Part shown: positions 38,328-47,124 of the stretch, piece after piece
Position numbering within the stretch: position 1 is the stretch's first letter
Layout: each line of letters opens with the position of its first letter
NCBI GenBank assembly: GCA_016176785.1
Contig: JACOWN010000007.1
Location: 6,970 to 70,969 of the forward strand
DNA: 64,000 nucleotides
Reading direction: 5' to 3'
Source: Parcubacteria group bacterium
GTDB lineage: Bacteria; Patescibacteriota; Minisyncoccia; Phycocordibacterales; UBA2135
Notes under the pieces: model-generated
What the model saw: only the letters and a program-made list of their open reading frames with translations
Databases searched by the model: none
Told to the model about the DNA's origin: nothing
Translations under genes and position numbers: made by a program

Positions 38328-38397
38328 GGTGGTCCCCCGATAACCCCGCAGTTGCGGGTTTTTGTTTTAATGATTTTCTTTTGCTATGATGTAAGAC

Positions 38398-39375
38398 ATG
38401 GGTATCGGGAAAAAGCTCCTGCTCTCGGGCGTCAAACCGACCGGCAGGCCGCATATTGGAAATTATTTTGGCGCGATGAAGCAATTTGTGGCACTTCAGA
38501 GCGAGTACGACAGCATTTTTTTTATTGCCGATTATCACGCCCTTACGACGCTTCACGACCCCGTGAAGCTCGCCGAGTACACCCTTGGCGTCGCGCTTGA
38601 TTATCTCGCCATCGGCCTTGACCCGAAGCGGGCGCTTATCTTCAAACAGTCGGACATTCCCGCGCACACGGAACTCGCATGGATTTTTAATTGCATTACG
38701 GCGATGCCGTATCTTTTGCGCGGCCACGCCTATAAAGACGCCGAGGCAAAAAACGAAGAAGTGACCGTCGGCACGTTTGATTACCCGATGCTCATGGCGG
38801 CGGACATATTGCTCTACGACACCGACGTCGTCCCCGTGGGGCAGGACCAGAAACAGCATCTTGAGTTTGCGCGCGACACGGCGGAAAAGTTCAACCGTCT
38901 TTTCGGAGAGACGTTCAAACTTCCCGAGCCGCACATCGTTTCGGAAGTCGCCGCCGTTCCGGGGCTTGACGGACGCAAAATGTCAAAGAGTTACGACAAC
39001 ACGATCCCGCTTTTTGCGGATGATGACGAAATTGAGCGGCTTGTCATGAGCATCGTGACGGATTCAAAGGGAGAACGGGAGCCGAAAGACCCCGCGGCCG
39101 ATACTGTTTTTGCGCTCCATCGGCTGGTGAGCGCGGGGCAGTTGGATGAGCTCAAAAAACGCTACGAAGAAGGAACGATCGGCTACAAAGAGTCAAAAGA
39201 AATACTCGCCGAAAATATGAAAAAGTTCGCCGCGCCGCTTCGCGAGAAACGAAGAGAGTTGGAAGAAAAACCGGAGTATGCGAAAGACGCGCTCGCACAA
39301 GGCGCGGAGGTCGCGCGCAAAAAGTCTGAGGAGAAAATGAAAGAAGTGAGAAGGAAAGTGGGAGTTGCGCTTTAG
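38398..39375 (+). CDS. trpS: Tryptophanyl-tRNA synthetase
   Basis: HIGN, YPMLMAADILLY, VPVG.DQ, KMSKS. Confidence 0.97.
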   Translation: MGIGKKLLLSGVKPTGRPHIGNYFGAMKQFVALQSEYDSIFFIADYHALTTLHDPVKLAEYTLGVALDYLAIGLDPKRALIFKQSDIPAHTELAWIFNCITAMPYLLRGHAYKDAEAKNEEVTVGTFDYPMLMAADILLYDTDVVPVGQDQKQHLEFARDTAEKFNRLFGETFKLPEPHIVSEVAAVPGLDGRKMSKSYDNTIPLFADDDEIERLVMSIVTDSKGEREPKDPAADTVFALHRLVSAGQLDELKKRYEEGTIGYKESKEILAENMKKFAAPLREKRRELEEKPEYAKDALAQGAEVARKKSEEKMKEVRRKVGVAL

Positions 39376-39394
39376 AGTTTAGTATCTCACGCTC

Positions 39395-40723
39395 ATGCCC
39401 CGCATTTACATCAAAGACCTCCATTCCCATATAGGAAACGAAGCCACCGTCTCCGGCTGGGTGGACGTGCGCCGCGACCACGGAAAAATTATTTTTCTTG
39501 ATATCCGTGACCGAAGCGGCTCAATACAGGCGGTCATTGCGCCCGACGAAGGAATGCTCCTTGAAACCGTTGCGCCGATACGCCCGGAATGGGTCGTGGA
39601 GCTCACGGGCGAAGTAAAGAAACGGCCGGAGAAGATGGTGAACGAAGCGCTGCCGACCGGCGACATAGAATTGTCCGTGCGCGCCGTCCGCGTTTTGGGG
39701 GAGGCGAAGGAGTTGCCGTTTTCAAAAGACGAGTCGCTCAACTTTGACACCTATCTTGACTATCTGCCGCTCACGCTCCGCACGAAGCGCGCGCGCGCGA
39801 TCTTTACCGTACAGGCGGAGATCATCCGCGCGTTCCGCGAGTTTTACGAGCGCGAAGAGTTCGTGGAAATCCAAGCGCCCAAACTCATCGGCGAAGACGC
39901 CGAGGGGGGAGCGTCGGTCTTTGAAGTGCCGTACTTCGGCCACACGGCGCACCTCGCGCAGAGCCCGCAATTCTACAAACAGATCATGGTGGGCGTTTTT
40001 GAAAAAGTATTCATGACGGGGAACGTGTTCCGCGCCGAAAAGCATGCGACGACGCGGCATCTGAACGAATACACGAGCTTGGATGCGGAGATGGGTTTTA
40101 TTGAAGACCATCGGGACGTCATGAAAACGCTCGGGCGGATGATGCGGCATATCGCGGGGGCGCTTCGCGCGCGCGCGGCGGAAGAATTCGCATTCCTCGG
40201 CGCGGAATTCCCGCTTTTGCCGGACGATATTCCGTCGCTCAAACTCCGCGAAGCGCAGCGGGTCATCAAAGAAAAATTCGGCGAAGACGCGACGCACGAG
40301 CCGGACCTTTCGCCCCAGCACGAACGATGGCTTTCCGAATATGCGCGCGAGGAGTTCGGGTCCGACTGCCTCTTTATCACCCATTTTCCGATGGAAAAGC
40401 GGCCGATGTACACCCGCGAAGACCCCGACGACCCGGGGTATGCGCGCGGTTTTGACCTTCTCTTCCGCGGGCTTGAAGTGGTGACGGGAGGACAGCGCGT
40501 GCATGAGTATGACGCGCTGGTTGCCGCGATGCGCGCAAAAGGCCTCGACCCCGACAGGTTTTCGTTCTATCTTCAGGCATTCAAGTACGGCATGCCGCCG
40601 CACGGCGGTTTCGGCATGGGGCTTGAACGCCTGACCGCGCGATTTTTGGGCCTTGAGAACGTCAAGGAAGCGACGCTTTTCCCGCGCGAGATAAATCGTA
40701 TTGACGCTCGTTTGTCGGAGTAG
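39395..40723 (+). CDS. aspS: Aspartyl-tRNA synthetase, short archaeal-type (probably non-discriminating)
   Basis: LAQSPQFYKQ, FRAE.H.T.RHLNE, GMPPHGG.G.GLER; 442 aa. Confidence 0.92.
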   Translation: MPRIYIKDLHSHIGNEATVSGWVDVRRDHGKIIFLDIRDRSGSIQAVIAPDEGMLLETVAPIRPEWVVELTGEVKKRPEKMVNEALPTGDIELSVRAVRVLGEAKELPFSKDESLNFDTYLDYLPLTLRTKRARAIFTVQAEIIRAFREFYEREEFVEIQAPKLIGEDAEGGASVFEVPYFGHTAHLAQSPQFYKQIMVGVFEKVFMTGNVFRAEKHATTRHLNEYTSLDAEMGFIEDHRDVMKTLGRMMRHIAGALRARAAEEFAFLGAEFPLLPDDIPSLKLREAQRVIKEKFGEDATHEPDLSPQHERWLSEYAREEFGSDCLFITHFPMEKRPMYTREDPDDPGYARGFDLLFRGLEVVTGGQRVHEYDALVAAMRAKGLDPDRFSFYLQAFKYGMPPHGGFGMGLERLTARFLGLENVKEATLFPREINRIDARLSE

Positions 40724-40809
40724 GCGGCGGATAAATCGCGCAACAAGAAAACGCCCCGCGGCGTTTTTTTTGTTTGGAAGCCAGCGGCGGACGCGATATG
40801 ATACACATA

Positions 40810-41571
40810 ATGGACACGAATGACGCCACACCGGCAAAGGCGGGGGGATTCACCGTGAAGCTCAGCGCGTTTGAGGGGCCGCTTGACCTGCTTCTTCATT
40901 TGATAGAAGGGCGGAAACTTCACATCAGCGACGTGTCGCTTGCGCAGATCACGGACGATTACCTCGCGTATCTTGAAAAACTTGAGGAGTTCCCCCTGCG
41001 GGACGCCGCGCATTTCATTCTTGTCGCCTCAACGCTCGTGCTCATCAAGTCGCGCTCGCTCGTACCCGCCCTTACGCTTTCCGATGAGGAGGAGGCGAGC
41101 ATTGAAGACCTGGAAGCGCGCCTCAAGTTGTATCGGGAAATCAAGGCGTTGGGCAAATACGTGGAAGAACGGTTCGGCGCGGCGCAGATTTTTTTCCGCG
41201 AGGACGGCCGTCATTTTGAGCCGGTTTTTGCGCCCTCGCGCGAGATCACCGTGGCGCATCTCGCTGCAGCCGTCGCAGAAGTCATTGCGCGCCTCCCGAC
41301 CGTTGAGGCGATCCCGCAGGCGATCGTCCGCAAGGTCGTGAACCTGGAAGACATGATGTCGGACCTTGCGCGCCGCGTCGCCTCGGCGATCTCAATGAGT
41401 TTCCGCGAGTTCGCCGGCGGAGGCGGGGGAACCGACAAAGCGCGCCTCGTGGTTGGCTTCCTCGCCATGCTTGAGCTCGTCAAGCGTGGTATCATTACCG
41501 TGAAGCAGGACAGACATTTTGAAGACATTAAAATCGGCGCCGCGGCCCCCGGCGCGCCGCGGTATTTGTAA
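40810..41571 (+). CDS. scpA: Segregation and condensation protein A
   Basis: FEGPLDLLL.LI, FLAMLELVK. Confidence 0.94.
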   Translation: MDTNDATPAKAGGFTVKLSAFEGPLDLLLHLIEGRKLHISDVSLAQITDDYLAYLEKLEEFPLRDAAHFILVASTLVLIKSRSLVPALTLSDEEEASIEDLEARLKLYREIKALGKYVEERFGAAQIFFREDGRHFEPVFAPSREITVAHLAAAVAEVIARLPTVEAIPQAIVRKVVNLEDMMSDLARRVASAISMSFREFAGGGGGTDKARLVVGFLAMLELVKRGIITVKQDRHFEDIKIGAAAPGAPRYL

Positions 41572-41601
41572 TTTTTTCAACAGGCGTTCTGAATGTTTTA
41601 T

Positions 41602-42225
41602 ATGGCCGTGTCATTAGAAAAACAAATTGAAGCGATCCTTTTTTTCAAATCCGAACCGATGCGCGCGGATGAGCTCGCGCGGCTTCTCGGCACAACCCCC
41701 GATGCGGTGCGTGCGGCGCTCGGCGAACTTGAAACGGCGCTTGCCGGACGCGGCATCCGCCTTCTTAGAAAAGACGACGAGGCCGCGCTTGGCACCGCAG
41801 CCGACGCTTCGCCGCTCATTGAACGCATAACCAAGGAAGAGCTTTCCCGCGATCTCGGGAAAGCGGCCGTTGAGACGCTCGCCATCGTGCTCTATCGGGG
41901 GCCGGTAACGAAAGCCGAGATTGATTATATCCGGGGTGTGAATGCCGGATTTATCGTGCGCTCGCTCCTCGTTCGCGGGCTTATTGAACGAATTTCAAAT
42001 CCGAAAGACCAACGAAGTTTTCTTTATCGGCCGACGTTTGACCTCCTCGCGCACATGGGCGCGGCGCGCGTTGAGGACATGCCGGATTACGCCGCCGCTC
42101 GCGCGCGCTTCACGGCGTTTGAAGAGTCAATGGAGCGCGAGGCGGCGCACGCGGAAGAAGAGGAGCGTATTGAAACCGCATCCGGTATCCCCCCGACCGA
42201 ACCCCCGCGCGACACACCACAATGA
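41602..42225 (+). CDS. scpB: Segregation and condensation protein B
   Basis: IEAILF, ETLAI..Y..PVT..EID.IRGV. Confidence 0.94.
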   Translation: MAVSLEKQIEAILFFKSEPMRADELARLLGTTPDAVRAALGELETALAGRGIRLLRKDDEAALGTAADASPLIERITKEELSRDLGKAAVETLAIVLYRGPVTKAEIDYIRGVNAGFIVRSLLVRGLIERISNPKDQRSFLYRPTFDLLAHMGAARVEDMPDYAAARARFTAFEESMEREAAHAEEEERIETASGIPPTEPPRDTPQ

Positions 42226-43148
42226 ACGAACGCACCGGACAACGCATAGCGCTTCTCGCGTTCCTCGTTTTTGCTTTTTGGGCGGGGCGGTTTTTGTGGG
42301 CGCCGTCGGCTCCCTTGGAAGAAAAAAATGCGGAAATGGCGCCGCCCGACCCGTTTGCAAGCGTTTCACTTGCCGCTTCCGCGGCGGTCGTTTTTGACGT
42401 CGCGCGCGGCGTTACGCTTTTTGAGCGCAACGCGGAAGCGCAGCTGCCGCTCGCTTCGCTCGCGAAACTCATGACGGCCTACGTCGCCGCCGAAACCATT
42501 GCGCCGGATACGGAGATCGCGATGACAAAAAGCGCGGTGGAGAAAGAGGGAGATAACGGATTTCTTGTCGGGGAAAAATGGAGAAGGAATGACCTCATTG
42601 CCGCGACGCTTCTCTCTTCGTCAAACGACGGCGCCGCGGCGCTTGCGGAGGAGGGTGCGGATGGCGGAGGAGGGGGCGGCGAACTGCCGGCGGGAGACGC
42701 CAAAGAAACGTTCGTCGGCCGCATGAACGCCGCGGCGCATTCTCTCGGCCTTGCGCAGACGTTTTTTGTGAACGAAACGGGGCTTGACATCAATACCGCG
42801 ATAAGCGGCGCATACGGGTCGGCGATTGACGTCGCGAAACTCGGAAGCGCGCTTCTCGCGCGCAACCCCGAGCTTTTTGTGGCGACCGCGCGCGCCGAGG
42901 GGGCTTTCGTTTCTTCCGACGGCAAGAAACATTCGTTAAAAAACACGAACGAAATCGTTGAAACGATACCCGGCATTGTCGCGTCAAAGACCGGCTTCAC
43001 CGATCTTGCGGGCGGCAATCTCGCCGTCATTTTTGAAGCGGGTCCGATGCGCCCGGTCGCCGTCGTCGTGCTCGGCTCAACCGCCGACGCGCGTTTCGCT
43101 GATGCGGAGATGCTCGTTTGGGCAACGATACGCGCGATAGCCCGCTGA
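42222..43148 (+). CDS. D-alanyl-D-alanine carboxypeptidase (peptidase S11)
   Basis: ASLAKLMT, SSN, KTGFT. Confidence 0.92.
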   Translation: MNERTGQRIALLAFLVFAFWAGRFLWAPSAPLEEKNAEMAPPDPFASVSLAASAAVVFDVARGVTLFERNAEAQLPLASLAKLMTAYVAAETIAPDTEIAMTKSAVEKEGDNGFLVGEKWRRNDLIAATLLSSSNDGAAALAEEGADGGGGGGELPAGDAKETFVGRMNAAAHSLGLAQTFFVNETGLDINTAISGAYGSAIDVAKLGSALLARNPELFVATARAEGAFVSSDGKKHSLKNTNEIVETIPGIVASKTGFTDLAGGNLAVIFEAGPMRPVAVVVLGSTADARFADAEMLVWATIRAIAR

Positions 43149-43245
43149 ATAAAGGTTCTTCGGGCATACCTAACAATCACTTGACAGTGATTGTTTTTTA
43201 TGATAGTGCTGTTTAAAGATCGTTCCTTGTGGGAGATATTTCGCG

Positions 43246-43887
43246 ATGCAGAAAAAACAGCATGCCACGCCAGAGGAATCGCACGCGATTCCTCTGGGTG
43301 GAGAAGACCCGATCCAGGCTGTCCTGGTCCGGGTTGTCCTGACCGGCGAACAGTGGTTCGGCTGGATCGTCGGGCAGTCCATCCCCAGCAAGGGGGACGG
43401 AATGACGCAGGAGCAAAGGGAACTGCTCCACGTCACCGTCGCCGCGGAGCGCAATGTGCCCGACAAGCTCCTTGTGCGCGGCCGCTGGCGTCCCGAGCAT
43501 TGGGACACCGGCGAGGCGGAGGTGGCGGGGTTGCCCCACACGGGTGTCCCGTCTCTCTGGACGGGCCTCCAAGACGCGGGATACGTTCCGCGCCTGGTCG
43601 AGTGGGACAAGATGGAGGACAGCGCGGCGGGCCGGTCCCGCTACCGGTTCACCGTCGTGTTTTCCAATGATGAAGGGCACCCGGTCGCCCAATTCATGGA
43701 AAACAAAAAGGCGGTGGAAGAAGTCCGGCGCGTCATCGAAACGTGCGCCGGCTTCTGCTGGGCCTGGGACAACCGTCGGTCCCAAGTTCCGACGGTCACT
43801 GTCAACCTGGCCGGTTGCCAGATGACCGTCATGCCCAAGCACAAGATCGTCGTAAAGAGCGAGGAGCTCAAGGCGGTCCGCGCCTGA
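43246..43887 (+). CDS. Hypothetical protein (213 aa) with atypical codon usage
   Basis: TTGACA at 43181, GGGAG upstream; strong C/G third-position bias. Confidence 0.72.
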   Translation: MQKKQHATPEESHAIPLGGEDPIQAVLVRVVLTGEQWFGWIVGQSIPSKGDGMTQEQRELLHVTVAAERNVPDKLLVRGRWRPEHWDTGEAEVAGLPHTGVPSLWTGLQDAGYVPRLVEWDKMEDSAAGRSRYRFTVVFSNDEGHPVAQFMENKKAVEEVRRVIETCAGFCWAWDNRRSQVPTVTVNLAGCQMTVMPKHKIVVKSEELKAVRA

Positions 43888-43963
43888 GTGACCCGTACAC
43901 GCTACTCGGTTATACTTGCCGTCGGCACATGCCGGCGGCTCTTTCTTATTCTTTTTTCGTTTT

Positions 43964-45385
43964 TTATCCGTTCGTTTCCGGTTCGGAAACGGGGTCCGCT
44001 TTTGTGAACATAAACGTACCGAGTATTTTTTCAACGGCGGCGACAGAACCCGTGCCGAGGATTTCTTTGCTGTCTATTTTCGTTTGGTCAACCCACTTCG
44101 GCACTGGTATACCGCGCGTGATGTCAAAGAGGTGGGCGAGCAATGTCGTCGCGTATGCCGCCGGCGGTAATTCAAAATCAAGCACGATTATTTTACCCAA
44201 AGAACGCACGGCGTGGATTACGGCGCGTACCGTTGTGGGGATACTGTTTTTACTGTGAATCGGGTCGTAGCCAAAGATTTTTGTTGCCGCGCCGGATACG
44301 TCTCCTATGTCATCTGACGCCAGAGCATCATGATAGGTCGGAACAGTTTGGTAATCGGGATGAAGGAGGAGGGGAATAACCGGCGGCAGAGGTTTTCCGT
44401 TCTGGATAAGTGTTGACAGATGGAGATTCGCCAGGTAACTCGCGTATGAATAAACCCAAAATCTTCCCTGGGCGCGGATTGAAAGCAGGGCGCCAAAAAA
44501 GTTGCGTGGGTCGGCGGCAAGAAAACGCAGAACCTCAAGTTCTTGGCGAAAGGTGTACGGAAGATGACGAAAAATTTCCGCCATCGTACGCCAGTTGCCG
44601 AATTCGCGGCATGCCCGCGCCCGAAGCTCGCGGATGAGCGGTACGTTTTGCGCCCCGTTCTCGCAGAGCAAAACGCGTATCGTTTCATCGTAATTTTTCT
44701 GGAGGATATGTTTTCCGAGGATATGGCTTTGCAAACGAGGCGTCCCGAATCTTTGGAAGTAGTAGAAATTGTAAAAGCCGTCACGGATCGTCGCGAGATG
44801 CCGAGTGAGAGCATCGGCGGCGACTTCCGCATCGGCGCGGACAACGATCGTAAATCGGTTGCCAAAAAGTTTCCCTTTTTCATGCGTGCCCTTTCCCCAC
44901 GTCATATTTTTGAGCACAAGACCGGGGACTGAGAGCTTCGCAATGGCGTCAGGATCGGCGCGGCGAATAGAAATGGACTGGCTCGTAATCGCACCCTTGT
45001 CCTTGATGCCAGCGTAGCCGATTTGTTTTTCAGATACGCGCAGCGAGCGCGCAAGTGCAGAGACCGCCTCAAGCGTAGAGAGCCCAACCTTGATGAGGTC
45101 CCCGTAAAGGGTAGATGTCTCCTCGGGGCGCGGCGGCGTTGCATTGCCCGCAGGTTCAACGGTATGAAGAATGCCACGCGCGTCGCGTTCCTCCACGATG
45201 AAGTCCTGCGGGTAGAGATTTAAATATCCCCGTGAGAGCGTTGGAAGCGGCACCGTGATGCCGATATACGGCAGCAGTTCCGTGGGCGTCACATTATGGA
45301 TGGGGCGGACAAGGTTCGGGTACCGTGTTTCGTACTCTTTTAACAATCCTTGCTCTGCTCGATAGAGGGTTACAAGATCGTCCAT
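43964..45385 (-). CDS. truD: tRNA pseudouridine(13) synthase TruD
   Basis: P.DFIVEE, YAGIKDK.AITSQ, GNRFTI, FYNFY..QRFG, FELP..AYAT. Confidence 0.92.
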   Translation of the reverse strand: MDDLVTLYRAEQGLLKEYETRYPNLVRPIHNVTPTELLPYIGITVPLPTLSRGYLNLYPQDFIVEERDARGILHTVEPAGNATPPRPEETSTLYGDLIKVGLSTLEAVSALARSLRVSEKQIGYAGIKDKGAITSQSISIRRADPDAIAKLSVPGLVLKNMTWGKGTHEKGKLFGNRFTIVVRADAEVAADALTRHLATIRDGFYNFYYFQRFGTPRLQSHILGKHILQKNYDETIRVLLCENGAQNVPLIRELRARACREFGNWRTMAEIFRHLPYTFRQELEVLRFLAADPRNFFGALLSIRAQGRFWVYSYASYLANLHLSTLIQNGKPLPPVIPLLLHPDYQTVPTYHDALASDDIGDVSGAATKIFGYDPIHSKNSIPTTVRAVIHAVRSLGKIIVLDFELPPAAYATTLLAHLFDITRGIPVPKWVDQTKIDSKEILGTGSVAAVEKILGTFMFTKADPVSEPETNG

Positions 45386-45450
45386 ATTTTTTACCGTACC
45401 ACCTTTTTGGTTGGATGTCTATGCTGCGGGAAACCTCTTTTATTGGTTAT

Positions 45451-45479
45451 TTGACATTTTAATGGGCAAATGTTAATGT
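45451..45479 (+). promoter_or_regulatory. Putative sigma70 promoter
   Basis: TTGACA-17-TAATGT with TG extension. Confidence 0.6.
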
Positions 45480-45562
45480 GTATTCGTACCTGTTTTTCTG
45501 CGCGCTGGTTTTCGTGCGGTGGAAAAACCCTGTTCTTCACAAAAAAGTGCAAAGGGATACAC

Positions 45563-46954
45563 ATGAGGCGGATGTCCGTTGGTTTTTTTGGCGGCGCTCG
45601 CAAAATAGGCGCCAGCTGTCATGCGTTTGCCTTTGAACAAAGAGGTGAACGCCACATCGTCATGGTTGACATTGGGATGGACCCGACTGTCGCATTCACG
45701 CCCCAAACGTGGCTCGAGTGCTTTCCTGACATGGAAGGCTTGGGAGCATTTCTTGACAATTCAACGACGTGCACAGTTGTCATCACGCACGCCCACTTCG
45801 ACCACGTCGGCGGGGTGCCGTACTTTATGCGGTGGGTGCGGGGTCGCTGTCCTGCTCTTTCCGTTACCTTCTTTATGACGGAAGAAACGCGTTCTCTTGC
45901 TGGCGTGACTTGGGACGAAACGGAACAGACCATGCAAAAGGGAGAAGCATGGCGAGAGGCCGAGCCCATCTATTCGGAATGTGACCGTTTTATGACAATG
46001 TCCCGCACCCGCGTGGTCAAACCGGGAGTGTATTACGAGGTGTGCCCCGGCGTGCGGCTTTTCCCGCTGCCAGCAGGTCATATTCTCGGCGCGATCGCGG
46101 TTGGTTTTGAGGCGTTTAACGAACATATCGTCCACACCGGCGACATCTCGTTCGGCGAGCAGCCGTTCATAGAGGGAGCGGCATATATGTCGCTCCCGCA
46201 TACGCGGTTCGTTGTTTCGGAAGCGACGAATCTCGGAGAGACACTGCCGCGTCGGAGTGATGCGGCAGCCGACCTTGGAAACGAGTGCCGCGAAACACTC
46301 AACCGCGGCGGCACGCTGTTGTTACCCGCCTTTCAAATTCACCGCGCGCAGGCGTTGACTGCAATGCTCGTGGCGGAAGGCATTCCTCCCGCGGCGATTC
46401 TTGTGGATGGCAACGCACAACGCGTTCACCGGATCTATCGAAAAATGCTTCCACCCAACAATATACTCACCGGAGTTCCGCTGGCGCGCGACGTTTTTCG
46501 CGGCAAGGACGCGCGTGAAACGCTATTCCTTGAGATGAAAGAAGGGAAAACCTTTCCAAGGATCGTTGTTGCATCAGGCGGCATGCTTCACGGAATTGCC
46601 CAGAAATGGGCAAAAGCGCTATTGCCGAACAAACGGAACGCGATCGTCCTGAACGGTTGGGCGTACGCCGGAAGCCCCGCGGATGTACTCCACCGCGCGG
46701 TGCTTCGTGGCGACGCATCAGTGCAACTGAACGGCGACGAGGTGCCGCTTGAAGCCGGAGTGCGGCGCATTAGGCTCTCTTCGCACGCCTCCGGTCCTGA
46801 GCTTGAAAGGTTGTGGACGGGGTTGAACCCCGATGCCATTATGTTGGTGCACGGAGACGAAAGTAAAATCGAAGATTATCTCAAGAGATACGGACCTCAC
46901 GCGCACGATGCGGGCTTCGTTGTGCCACGTCGCGGAGAGGTCTATGAATTGTAA
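45563..46954 (+). CDS. MBL-fold beta-CASP nuclease (CPSF73/Ysh1-like)
   Basis: GGA..IGASC, THAHFDHVG, AGHILG, HTGD, LSSHA, LVHGD. Confidence 0.9.
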   Translation: MRRMSVGFFGGARKIGASCHAFAFEQRGERHIVMVDIGMDPTVAFTPQTWLECFPDMEGLGAFLDNSTTCTVVITHAHFDHVGGVPYFMRWVRGRCPALSVTFFMTEETRSLAGVTWDETEQTMQKGEAWREAEPIYSECDRFMTMSRTRVVKPGVYYEVCPGVRLFPLPAGHILGAIAVGFEAFNEHIVHTGDISFGEQPFIEGAAYMSLPHTRFVVSEATNLGETLPRRSDAAADLGNECRETLNRGGTLLLPAFQIHRAQALTAMLVAEGIPPAAILVDGNAQRVHRIYRKMLPPNNILTGVPLARDVFRGKDARETLFLEMKEGKTFPRIVVASGGMLHGIAQKWAKALLPNKRNAIVLNGWAYAGSPADVLHRAVLRGDASVQLNGDEVPLEAGVRRIRLSSHASGPELERLWTGLNPDAIMLVHGDESKIEDYLKRYGPHAHDAGFVVPRRGEVYEL

Positions 46955-46968
46955 TGCCCCGTGCCCGC

Positions 46969-47018
46969 AATCCCTGTCAAGGCGCCGCCTTGACAGGGAT
47001 TTTGTATTAGTGTAGAAT
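46969..47018 (+). promoter_or_regulatory. sigma70 promoter whose -35 lies in a 15-bp inverted repeat
   Basis: AATCCCTGTCAAGGC-GCC-GCCTTGACAGGGATT; TTGACA-17-TAGAAT. Confidence 0.75.
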
Positions 47019-47124
47019 TCCACCAGATCAGGTAGATCATTTCAATGGCAAGAGGCCAAAGACGCGCGTAACATCGTTGCGAGAAGGGACACCTCTCTTT
47101 TCGCAGTCAGCCATGGAGATTCCA

